64,000 nucleotides of DNA, from the NCBI RefSeq assembly GCF_009914755.1, contig NC_060929.1; one strand, written 5' to 3'. This stretch comes from the human T2T-CHM13v2.0 reference genome, Homo sapiens. A program made the position numbers and the translations under genes. Shown here piece after piece: positions 51,915 through 64,000 of this stretch; the first letter of the stretch is position 1, and every line of letters begins with the position of its first letter. The notes under the pieces are model-generated. The model searched no databases, had not been told where the DNA came from, and was given only the letters and a program-made list of their open reading frames with translations.

Positions 51915-54900
51915 AACAATTCATCTTTTTAAAATACTGCCTACCTCTTAATAAATTATTGTAGTTACTATTTTAAATAGTTCCATCTTTTAGTCTTTGT
52001 ATTAAAGATATAAGTGGTTTAAACACCACAATTATAGTATTAGAGTAACAATCATGTTAGCTTACCTTTTTATCAGTTTGAAGAACTCTAACATTTTTTT
52101 GCAGTTCAGGTCTGGTAGTGATGAATTCCCTCACTTTGTGTTTGTCTAGGAAAGTCTTTATCTCTCTTTCATTCTGAAGAATAGCTTTGCTGTGTACAGA
52201 ATTCTTGGTTTGTAGTTTTTCTTCTTTTTTCTTTTTACTTTCAGCACTCTGAATTTATCACCCCACTCCCTCCTGGACTATAAGATTTCTACTGAAAGTC
52301 TGATGCCAGATATATCAGGTCTCCCTTATATGTTATTTTCTTCTTTTCTCTCACTGCTCTCAGAATCTTCCATTTGTCTTTGACCTTTGGGGTTTGATTA
52401 CAGTATGTCTTGGAGTATTTTTATTTGGGTTAAATTTGATTGGTAAATTTTGATCTTCTTGTACCTGGATACAGGCTTGAAAATTTTCCTGTTATTATTT
52501 GTTTGAATAATTATTTGTTATTATTTTTACACTTTTCTCAATTCCCTCTTTAACTTCGATAACCCAGATATTTGCTCTTTTGATGTTATCCCATAAATCC
52601 CATTAGCTTTCTTCATTCCTTTGCATTCCTTTTTTCTTTTATATCTGTGTATTTTTAAGTAGCCTATTTTGGGTTCACTTATTTTTCTTCTGTTTGATCA
52701 ATTCTGTTGCTGATACTCTCTATTGCATTTTTTCAATTCCTTTATTGTATATTTTACCTCTAGGTTTTCTGTTTAATTATTATTATTATTTCAGTCTCTC
52801 TGCTAAATTTATCTGATAAATTTCTGAATTGTTACTCTGTGTTTCATTGAAATTTGCTGGGCTTCCTTAAAGTAGCTATTTAAAATCTTTTTTTGTCTAA
52901 GAGATCACACATTGTCGTCACTTTAGGATCAATCTCTGGTACCTCATTTTGTCAATTTAGAAGGCTCTAGCTGCTTGTGAACATGTGACTATTTCTGTGA
53001 TTGAGGGTTAGGTTATATTCATCCTTTACAGTATAGACTTGTTTGTCCCTGTCCTTTTTCAGTGGGCCTTCTTAGAAATTCTAAGCAGACTGACTCTTGT
53101 ACTTCATGAGCCTGTGAGCACTGCAGCCATCTCAGCATTAGAGGGCACTATAAGCCCAAGCTTAATGAGTTTTGTGAGGGCTCTGAAGTTGACAAGGTTT
53201 TCTGCTTGAATGGACCTAGGGAAGACCCAAGGAGGATACTAGGGCTGTGTGGTAAAGCTGGCCAGGGACATAAGCCCAGAAGACAGTCCTGGGGCTCAGA
53301 TGGGTATGCCCTGCAGCAGGTCCTTGCACAGGCAGGATAGGTCCTTGACTGCAACAAGAGGGGCCGGAGTTTAGACTCGGCTCCCTTAGTATCTGCTATG
53401 GGATGCTGGTGAGCCCATTCCATTGGCTCACATGGGCACACATCTCCCCGCAGGTCTTCGCACAAGTGGTATAATTCCTTGACTGCTACAGGAGGGCCCA
53501 GACTGAGACTTGGCCCCCCTTAAGATCTACTGTGAGATGGAGGTGAGAGAGCCATATTGTTGGCTCAGATGGGTATACATCTCCCAGCCAGTCTCTGCAC
53601 TGATGGGATAGTTCTCTGACTTAAGCATGAGGGGCTGAAGCTGAGACTGGGCCCACTCAAGATCTGCTGTGGGACAGTGGTTGGCAAGCTTTTCATGAAG
53701 GCTCAGACTTCCAGGCATTGAGGTATGGGCAAGTCTCCATCTGTGTCCTTGTGTAAACAACTCTGTGCTGGGACCTCAGCTGAGGGGCCTGGAAGAGTGC
53801 CACAGGGCAACTTTCAGGTTCATTGCCATGAACAATGTCAGCGGGCAGATTAGCCTCTTCACTGAGGCACTAGTGAGTTCTATTCCTCTTGGACCCCTTG
53901 GCAGATGGTTTTGTTTGCAGGCTCGAGGTTAACTGGGGCTGTAGCCAAGCCCCTTGGGGAGTAGGACCATTCCTGGGTTTGCACCTTGGAGCACAACTGG
54001 CAGATCAGCCACTTGGATGCCAGTGCCATTCTGTACTTTTGAAACAACCCTCCTGGCTCTTAGGCTTCACAGGGGTTTCACAACCTCCTACCTGAATTCT
54101 GAGGCTCCTGTAGAGAGTCTTTTGTTTATATAAGGGTGTAGAATTCTTGTTATTGTAGGGGGATATGAGTGGGTTACCTCCTATTCTGCCATCTTGCTAA
54201 TGTCACTGGGAAAAATGTTTTTATAAATTGGAGAGTAATATCTTTATTCTTGCATAAAACACCATTGGCTTTTAAGAAGACATAAAATGCTGATACCTCT
54301 GGCTTTTAGTGACATTTCATAAAAATGAAGATGATGATAATGACAATGATGACTATGATGAGAAGGAGAATGTAGGCTGCAAAACTTCAAAACACATCTT
54401 CAAAGGAGCTTGAGGCTATAACAGCATATTATTTGGAAACATACCAAGAAAGGAGCAAATAAACCCAAAACAGGGGCAGCTGTTTTTCATAGGCATGTTG
54501 GTTTTTATATTAACAAAAAATTAAGGAGAATATCATGTGTAAGTACTTTATAAACACCAAAGTAATTTACAAGGGTAAAATATTCTTATTTTCATTATTG
54601 TTATTGGTATCAAGATTATATTTGTTGGAGCAATGGATATTCATATCATCATTTGTCATTATAGTTTCATGTATATGTGTGCATGGTGAATATGATGATG
54701 AGAAGCACTTTGCTGAAGGCCAAGATAAGGGACAAAGGATATCAAGAAAAAAGCCAGAATTAATTTATCATTATTTAAGGCTGTGACATGTAGCTTTATT
54801 GTCACATGGCTCCAAAATGACTTTGATGTTGCCATTTTCTTATTGGAAACCATCATAAAGTAAAAGCTTATCTGAAATTGCAATTGTTTTGGAAAAACAT

Positions 54901-55254
54901 GGTTTTGTTTGCAGAAGACTGTTGTTTTTTCGTGCGCTGACTTAGCTGAAAGAGAAAAAAAAGAGAAGTTTATTTTGCCTAAAAAGATCCTTGGTAATCC
55001 ACAACATTTCTTGATGATTCATTTTCTATTTTCTAGTCTCCTTCAGGTAAAATTCAGAACATCATAGAATGAACTTTCCCACTGAAAAGCTGCCAGGGTA
55101 ATAAATCCTACCAGAGGAATTTATTGAAGTGCTTATTCCACAACCTGCACACCTGTGTTCTCATGAAGGCTTGTGAAGTATGGCACATTCTCAGATGGTG
55201 TGCATTTACACAGACCATATATCAGTGACAATTTTATGATTCAATGTGCCATTA

Positions 55255-55440
55255 GGATATCTCCACTGTGCAATAGGTAGCTACTAGTCATGTGTGGTTA
55301 TTTAAATTTAAATTAGTTAAAATTTTATAAAATAAAAATTCATATTTTCAATCACAGTAACTACATTTCAACTGCTCAGTAGCCATCAACAAATATAGAA
55401 CACTTCCATCATCACATAAAGTACTATTGAACAATACTAG
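55255..55440. mobile_element. MER33/MER3-like hAT-Charlie MITE
   Basis: GTAGCTACTAGTCATGTGTGGTTATTTAAATTTAAATTA; CTACATTTCAACTGCTCAGTAGCCA; TTCCATCATCACA. Confidence 0.75.
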
Positions 55441-55464
55441 TACAGACACTTGCTATGCATAATA

Positions 55465-55630
55465 TTGTCCAAAAACAGGACCAGGAGCAGTATCAGCAGC
55501 AGCACCAACACACAGGAGCTCATTAGGAAGGCAGAATCTCAGGCACTACCACATACCCACTGAGTTAGAGTCTGCATTTCAGTAAGGCCTTTATGCGTTC
55601 ATGGGTGTGTTAAATTTGTGAAGAACTATA
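55465..55630. mobile_element. MER5A/B MITE
   Basis: CAGCAGCAGCACC, GCAGAATCTCAGGC, TCTGCATTT. Confidence 0.7.
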
Positions 55631-55779
55631 GGTAGTCAAATTCGATAATTTAGTGTGTTTTAGAACAGAAATATCAACTTAAATGTGTGGCTCACTGGAT
55701 ATTTCATAATTTTGGTCCGAAATAGTTCAATTAACTTCATAACTTTAGCAGTCCTGTGGCATATGTAAAAAAAACTACT

Positions 55780-56094
<315 letters not shown>

Positions 56095-56099
56095 CTACT

Positions 56100-56438
<339 letters not shown>

Positions 56439-57104
56439 AAAACTACTAAAATATTTGCTTATATCTCTGGAATTTTCACTATTTTTTTCCACCTAAAATA
56501 TTGTCATTCAGAAGGGAATCACTTTAATATCCACAAAGGAAAATTAACATGTTATAATTTCAGCCACAATAATATCTATGTAAACATGCATTTAATCCTA
56601 CTAATTTACAATTAATTCAATTTTTCTTTTATATTCTGCATTCCACATAAAGCGATAACAGGAAAACATAAAATTCCACTAACTTCATTATTATTTGTGT
56701 GTGTGTAGGTGTGAGGTTTTCAATTTTAAAAATTTTTCTTTTTTTCTTGTCATGTTATTTCATCTTGGTTTCATTTTTATTCTTCAGGATTATAATAATC
56801 CCCCTTGTTTGCAGAAGCAGTTATAACTCACTGCAGTTCTTTTCCATGAAAAGATTTTCCTATCTTCAGTCAGGTTTCTCATGATGTACAAAGAAATATC
56901 TGGGCTGTCTCTGCTCTTGATGAATTTCACTCAATCTTTGAGAGTTAGAAAGCTCTCTTCCTTAACCGTGTGTTAAGTATTTGCTCACATGCACAGTCAG
57001 TGACACACTTATACAAAACACATGTGCACACACACACTGTATTTACATTCATCTACTTTGCAATGCTTTTAACGTGCTTCATTGGATATTTCATAATACC
57101 TAGG

Positions 57105-57611
57105 TGTGATGACTAATATTAAGTGTCAACTTGATTGAAGGATGCCTAGATAGCTGGTAAAGTATTGTTTCTGGGTGTGTCTGTGAGGGTGTTGCCAGAG
57201 AAGATTAACATTTGCCTCCGTGGACTGGGAAAAAAAGACCCATCCAAAATGTGCATGGGCGCCATCCGATTGGCTGCCAGCACGGCTAGAACAAAGCAGG
57301 CAGAAGAAGGGAAGGTGGTGCTGGGCGCGGTGGTTCACGCCTGTAATCCCAGCACTTTGGAAAGCCGAGGCAGGCGAATCACGAGGTCAGGAAACGAGGT
57401 CAGGAAATCGAGACCATCCTGGCTAACACGGTGAAACCCTGTCTCTACTAAAAATACAAAAAAAAAAAAATTAGCCAGGCGTGATGGCGGGCGCCTGTAC
57501 TGTAGTCCCAGTTGAGGCAGGAGAATGGGTGAATCCGGGAGGTGGAGCTTTCAGCGAGCCGAGATCGCACCACATCGCTCCAGCCTGGACGACGGAGTGA
57601 GACTCCGTCTC

Positions 57612-57654
<43 letters not shown>

Positions 57655-57891
57655 AGAAGGTAAGGTGGGATAAGCTGTCTGTCTTCCTGAGTGTTTGGGC
57701 TTTCCTCTTTCTCCCATGCTGGAGGCTTCCCTTGGTTCCTTCTGCCCTTGGTCATCAGACTCCAGCTTGCAAACTGCCTACTGTGGGATTTTGCCGTGTG
57801 ATCGCGTGAGCCAATTGTCCTTAATAAACTCCCTTTCATATATACATATATCCTATTAGTTCTGTCCCTCTGGAGAACCCCAACTAATACA
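57105..57891 (+). mobile_element. MLT2A2-like (ERVL) solo LTR, interrupted by AluY
   Basis: TGTGATGACTAATATTAAGTGTCAACTTGA...CTGGAGAACCCCAACTAATACA; TSD CTAGG at 57100-57104 and 57892-57896. Confidence 0.92.
57319..57652 (+). mobile_element. AluY with multiple indels and a 40-A tail
   Basis: TSD AGAAGAAGG(G/T)AAGGTGG; A run 57613-57652. Confidence 0.94.
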
Positions 57892-58039
57892 CTAGGCCAA
57901 AATAAAAAACAGTATGCCTCAACTTTAGAGTTCAAATAGGGCATTGCTAATAGAATCCATCAAAACTCCAAACTTTGGTCCTATGGCAGGAAAAAGATAA
58001 ATTACCAGAAAAGTGGTCACAGTTTTCCTTCCTCCATAA

Positions 58040-58423
<384 letters not shown>

Positions 58424-58816
58424 GGCAAGTTGATTTTTTTAATGCTTCAATGTGTAGGAAGAAAGATGAGCTAAAGAGTGAGGAGGCATTGTATTAGGTT
58501 TTGGAGTGCAATTGGCCAAAGTGCCTGAATTGTAATTTACGCTCAAAATAGCATAGTAAGGGCCTGAAGAGAGAAAACAAAATTTGACTGTCTGAATTGT
58601 GGGTGTTTCCCAAGCAACTGCTGATTAGAGATAACGAGGTAGTGGGGAAAGCAGCTTTTGAACAGGTTAGTGTGGGGTTTAAGTTGGATGTGGAGGACTC
58701 TAAAAGATAAAATCTTTTTTTCAACTTACTTTTGTTGCCAAAATGTGCTTCTTAAATTTGACTTCATAAAGAGAATGAGCAATATGGAACCCTGGACCAT
58801 TAACATTATATACATA

Positions 58817-59182
58817 CGTCTTGTTCTGTTCAAGCTAGTATAACAAAATTCCATAAACTAGGTAGCTTATAGCTTATATGACAGAAATTTATTTCTCACA
58901 ATTCTAGAGGCTAGGAAGTCCAAGATCGAGACACCAGCAGATTTGATGTCTGTTGAGGACCCATTTTCTGGTTCACAGATGGTGCCTTCTGGCTGTGTCC
59001 TCACATGGCCTTTCTCAGGCCTCTTTTGTCGGAGCACTTAGCCCATTCACGAGGCTCCACCCTCATGACCTAATCACCTCCAAAAGACCTCATCTCCTAA
59101 TATTAGCCCCTTAGAGGTTAGAATTTTAACATGTAAATTGGCGGGGCGGGGTGGGGGAGACATAAATATTCAGTTTATTGCA
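58817..59182 (-). mobile_element. MLT1A/MSTD-like LTR
   Basis: CAGAAATTTATTTCTCACAATTCTAGAGGCTAGGAAGTCCAAGATC; GGCTCCACCCTCATGACCTAATCACCTC. Confidence 0.85.
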
Positions 59183-59319
59183 ACATGTGTTTAAAATGTG
59201 AAATTATTATTGCATGATAGGCTATATATCATCTTGGTATTAATTCGGCTAGGCTTAATTATCTAGGATTTTAAGTTGATTTTATGAAAATTAACTATGA
59301 AGTGTTGCATAGTGAGCCT

Positions 59320-59445
59320 ATCAGGGTAATTAGCATATACACCATCTCAAACACATATTATTTCTTTGAATTGGAAATGTTCAATATTCTCCCTCTAGCT
59401 ATTAGAAGCTATATAATATATTATTGCTAACTATAGTTGTCCTAA
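59320..59445 (-). mobile_element. L1MA 3' fragment
   Basis: ATCAGGGTAATTAGCATAT...CTAACTATAG, homologous to 46450-46560. Confidence 0.65.
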
Positions 59446-60065
59446 CTAAGTTTTGAATGTCCTTACTGTAAAAATATTAATCACAACATCTGACCAGTCA
59501 ACATTGATTAACTGTGGTTAGTCCTTGATCCCTGAAGATCATGAATGACTTTTATTATTCTGTTTTCTATGGCTTCAAAGTTATTTTTATATTGAAGTAT
59601 ACATGGCATTTGTAGTAGGATTATAAACTATCATTAGGGAATGGGATTTCTGTTTTCCTCAGTGATTTATTTTCAAATAAATTTTATTTGAAAATAAAAC
59701 AAATCTAAGTTCTACATGTATTTTACAATTAATATATATTTCTTTTACAATATGGCAAAGTGATTAAATGTCATACCAGTTTACTTTTGGCATTATTTCT
59801 GTAATTTTACTTTTGTATCATTATTTTTATGCTCTAATGTCCTGTTTTGGAGGAAATCCCCATGGATACAGTTACCATGCATCAATCCTTGGGGAAGTTT
59901 GCTCTTCCAATCAAATATCCAACTAGAGAAAATGTCTCCTTGTCCCTTGTAATATTTCTACTGTGCCTTGTCTTCCAGCTGTCAATTCCCCACCTATGAT
60001 TTATTTTGACCCATGGAATAAAGTAACTGAAAATTTGAGGCAAAAACTTCTGGCTGTTTAACTAA

Positions 60066-60090
60066 TTTACTCCCTAAGATTAAAGAGCTG
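60066..60090 (+). repeat. 25-bp dispersed direct repeat, copy 1
   Basis: TTTACTCCCTAAGATTAAAGAGCTG, identical to 61179-61203. Confidence 0.97.
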
Positions 60091-61178
60091 GGAACTGATT
60101 AAAAAGTTTACATGCTTACCGTGAAGTTTACTGAGGACCTTTTACATTGATAGTAGAATTATTCAGCAACAGAAGATGAGGTTATTTGATAAATTAAACT
60201 GCCCATTGTGCTTAAGAAATGGTTTCCAAAAAAATATAAAACTTGCAGAAAATTGGGGTCCCAGTTAGTCACCCCTCAGTATGAGTCATCATCCGTTTCC
60301 CCCCTCCCTCTCATAGATGCCACACAGAGACCTCTTAAGCTATTCAGTTACTCCTCCCCCACAGCAGACAAAATCTTGGATGCACTGTTTGAGAGCCCTT
60401 AAAATCAGTGGGGCTGTGGGTTGAAGAAAAAGGGCAGGATGAAGCCTTGTGATGCTTTGGCTCTCTCCAGAAACCTGAAATATTCTTGATGCCCAAGGCA
60501 TTTTGTGGCTGCCATAATGCGTAGTTTCTTCTACACAACATCAACAATAGCTTTATTATTAGAAACTTTTGAATTAATTAAGATTCCTTTGGCTGAATAT
60601 GCTACTACACCATGGAAATGAGGAGTAAACAAAAGCAGGCCGACTCTTTGTCACATCACTCTTTTCTTATTCACCAAGCCTCAACAGAATAAAATGCGGA
60701 GGCTTCCAAAAGGGCTCACTAAGTGATTTTGTAAAAAGATATTCACTCCCTCTCAAATTGCAGAACACACTGCTAGGAAGCCCTTTCTAAATTATTTAAC
60801 TTCATAGTAGCTTTCACTTTAAAAAATGTTTGCTGTAAATGTCAATGTACAGATTTGGGGGGAGGGGTGAAATTTTCACACAACGTTTTCTCAGCAAATG
60901 GCAGGAGATAGAACACATTAATCTTTTTAAATGACTTCATGTTTATACTTATCTTCCGTAATTATGTTGCATTCTGTAAAAAGAGCAGTATGAAAAAAGC
61001 AGATTAACATTCAAGCTGGAGGTACAACGACCTAAATGAACTGAAGTTTTTTAGGTGTTTAGTTCTAAAAGAAGTTTGTAAAAGTGGACAGAAGCTTGTC
61101 ATTTTGGTTCAACTAAAAATAACAGATGAAGCTTTCATTTTCAACTGTCGTGTTGAGTGTGGAAATATTAAGAAGTGT

Positions 61179-61203
61179 TTTACTCCCTAAGATTAAAGAG
61201 CTG
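61179..61203 (+). repeat. 25-bp dispersed direct repeat, copy 2
   Basis: Identical to 60066-60090. Confidence 0.97.
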
Positions 61204-61439
61204 CTAAGTCCTGTCAATTCTAATAATAAAAATTATATCCCGTAAGTTTGACTTGGCAATGTCTGTCACAGACCTTGCCTCCTCATTTCCAGTACTTCTA
61301 CCAAATCCAAGCCTTCACAAACCATGCAATCTAAGGAAAGTTGGTGAGCCTCTCTGAGACAGGTTTTTCATCTGAAACAGGGAAAGCCTTGCCAGCCCCA
61401 TATGGTTTGTTTTATGCCCTTTGTATTTCTGCATGTCAA

Positions 61440-61650
61440 GTACAATTCTGTGCACTTTATAAATATCAACTCAGGCATCCTCATAATAACTCTATGCAAT
61501 AGATACTATTGTTACATCAGCATTTTGCAGATGAGAAAACTGACTCACAAAAAGTTAACGAACTTGCTCAATGTCATCAGTTCGTGATGTGGTGCAACCA
61601 GGAATAAAAGCTGGTTAGTCTAGCTCCAGAAACTATCTTTTAACCACCAC
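61440..61650 (-). mobile_element. MIR
   Basis: ATCCTCATAATAACTCTATG, CATTTTGCAGATGAGAAAACTGA, AACTTGCTCAATGTCA. Confidence 0.8.
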
Positions 61651-63699
61651 AATATTTGGTGTGGATTTTATAGTATGTAAAGCATTCCACATAGTGTGCA
61701 CTCAGTATTTAATAGCCATCTTTACTATAATTTATGGCTATTGCCAACCAATTAAAGCACACATTCTTTCTATTTGTGTGTGGTCTATTCAAGATGTATG
61801 GAATGTAACACTTGGTTTTGGGATCCTTATTATCTCTTTGTGCTGCTTACTGAAGAAGAAATAAATCTTTGTTGCTAAAGATTCTTTTTTAAAAAAGCCA
61901 TAGAAACCATTGAGATTTGGTGTACTTTGTGGACACTTGATGTGGATGGAAACCTGTGTTTCGGAAAACTGAAAGATCATTTTATGTATTTTTTGTGCAC
62001 TGATGAAAAGACAGCAGTTCAATAATGTTAACTCTAGAAACTAGAGGGGGAAAATCGTCTTATCAAAATGATTTCCCAGCCCCTCCACGTGGTTTTTAGA
62101 ATCAGTCACCTTAAAACTGTATGTGTGTCAGTGTGTGTGCATGTGTGTGTATGCATACCTATTTTATAGGTATACAGAATTTTATAAATAAAGGTAAGTA
62201 ATATCCAATGTCTGCCCACTCTCCTCATCCTTAGAATTCTCCCTTCCACGGTCTCCAAGCAGAAAAGTCTCAGAAACTTCCTTAAGACACATGTGGCTGA
62301 TGAAGAATGGGTTCTTAATAATTCCCTTTGGGACCATGATGAACTTTAGGTGGCTCCCATTTGATGCTTTTTCTACAGGTAAGTCATTCGGATTAAACTC
62401 CACCTCAAAGTGCAAAGTAAATAAGAGATTATACACAGTATCTGTTGCAAACCATGATAGGGTATCAGTTCTCTCTCTCTCTTTTTTTTTTGCATCTTGT
62501 TTCAATACACAAGAAAAGGATAAGCACCACACTGGCCCCAGATGGTTATATAGGAAATAGGAACATACTTCTCAAAGGCTCACCCTTTTTCCCTAAGACT
62601 TTTAGAGAAAAATAAATAATATTAACTCAATTGCTTCATTATGCTTAAAAAAAACCCCTAAAATTTATCTAACATTCAAGGATTAAAATTATTTTGTGGC
62701 CAGATGTCGCTAACACAAATTTATTTCTTATCTGGGGCGCATTTTAAATCATAACTCATTTCTCATAGGAACCTGCATAGTATTACTTGATTTTTCTCAT
62801 CATGGTAAATGTAATCATAACAATACTATTTGAAAAGTCTTCCCTGCACAAACTGACACCAGTTTATTTTACTTCCCTGTCATACTTAAATATTTGCAAA
62901 TAGGACTTTAAGAAATTTCCCTTAAAACTATGAAGTAGTTAAATGATCTGAGGTGAGTTGTAGAATTTGCTTCGATGTTTTATGGTTATACTTTATGAAG
63001 TAAAACTTTCCATTTTGACTGGAAACAAAGCACTCAGTAATACTTTCCAATTAAAATTGAAGAAAGATGTTTAATACAAGTTAACTTAAAAGAAAAACTT
63101 CTATACTTACAGAAGAATTCTGTCACAGTTCTGCTCACCATTCTTTTTTGAAACACAGTAAGATTCAATATGTGCATTCTTTATAGTAAGCAAAAAGGAG
63201 ACATGAATAAGTGGAAGAGTAGCACTGTCAATATGGAAAATTCCATGAGAATTCAAAGTGGCCACAAAGCTTAATCACATCCTGCACATTTAAGTCTTTG
63301 TGTTTTATAAGAACAACTAAACTCTAGCAAGACAGAAAAATATAAAGTCAACATAATATTACAATTTCCACAATTTAGTGTCTGATTTAATAGGTTGTAA
63401 AATCTCTGTCATAATGAAAAATGATGGCAGACATTTTAATTTTTTTGGCATTACTGAAGACAGATGGATATAATTATATAGAGGAAAGGAGAGGGAGAAA
63501 GGAGGGGAGAAAAAACTAAAAATAATAAACATAACAATAAATATAGAAGCAGTTCAAAGCAAAGGTGTTGCAGGACAGCAGTCAAATCTTCAACAGTAAA
63601 GAAAGATTGAGTTGAAGACTGAAGAACTGTGAGGTCAGTAAGGAGTGGAGACAGCATATGACTGAGTCATCAATAGTCCTAAAAGCTTTGTGGCACTAT

Positions 63700-63910
63700 T
63701 CAGTGTAGTTAAGTCTTGAATTCTAGGTTTATCTTGACTGTCTTGGATCTGCCTTTATTGCTTGTTAGCCGCCATCCTTGGGTAAATTACTTAATCATTC
63801 TGTGCCTCAGTTTCCTCAATTGTGCCCCAGTTTCCTCAATTGTGCCCCAGTTTCCTCATATGCTCAAATGAGGATAGCAATTGTACTGACTTTGTTAAGT
63901 TGTTTTGAGC
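63700..63910 (+). mobile_element. MIR with triplicated 20-bp core
   Basis: CCTTGGGTAAATTACTTAA, then TGTGCC(T/C)CAGTTTCCTCA three times, then AAATGAGGATAG. Confidence 0.8.
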
Positions 63911-64000
63911 AGTACCACTCACTCTTAGACTGGGGGAAAAGGACTCCTGCTCTTTGCCTTTCATGGTAGTAGGCCTTGCATATTACAAACACAAACAAAC

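Noticed and set aside
56760-56880. Strong polypyrimidine-CAG acceptor near 56788
   Set aside because: No convincing donor or coding frame; such sites are common in T-rich DNA.
62260-62349. Frame QKSLRNFLKTHVADEEWVLNNSLWDHDEL* ending in HDEL
   Set aside because: About 30 codons, no supported start or acceptor and no recognised homology; a chance match is likely.

Overview
AT-rich, repeat-dense primate genomic DNA. AluY/AluYd and LTR12 point to a catarrhine, probably a hominoid. I find no credible protein-coding exon, RNA gene, CRISPR array or prokaryotic-type system. The ORFs in the track are decayed L1 ORF2 fragments, Alu/LTR translations or chance frames. A large share of the window is transposon-derived: about 19 Alus, two long antisense L1MA-type elements (one reaching its 5' end), a 5'-inverted L1, L2/MIR/CR1 relics, a solo LTR12, a full-length THE1 provirus, many MaLR/ERV LTRs and hAT MITEs. 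I cannot support a new biological system. The best second-look signals are mutational footprints: a perfect 25-bp repeat pair 1113 bp apart in unique DNA; an inverted copy of an L1 5'UTR segment inside that L1's ORF2; a hairpin-initiated AT-rich insertion with 43-bp repeats plus a 120-bp duplication; two AluYd-type elements; and an atypically mutated AluY in a close inverted pair. Subfamily names come from recalled consensus sequences and need RepeatMasker/Dfam confirmation. Boundaries of old elements are approximate.
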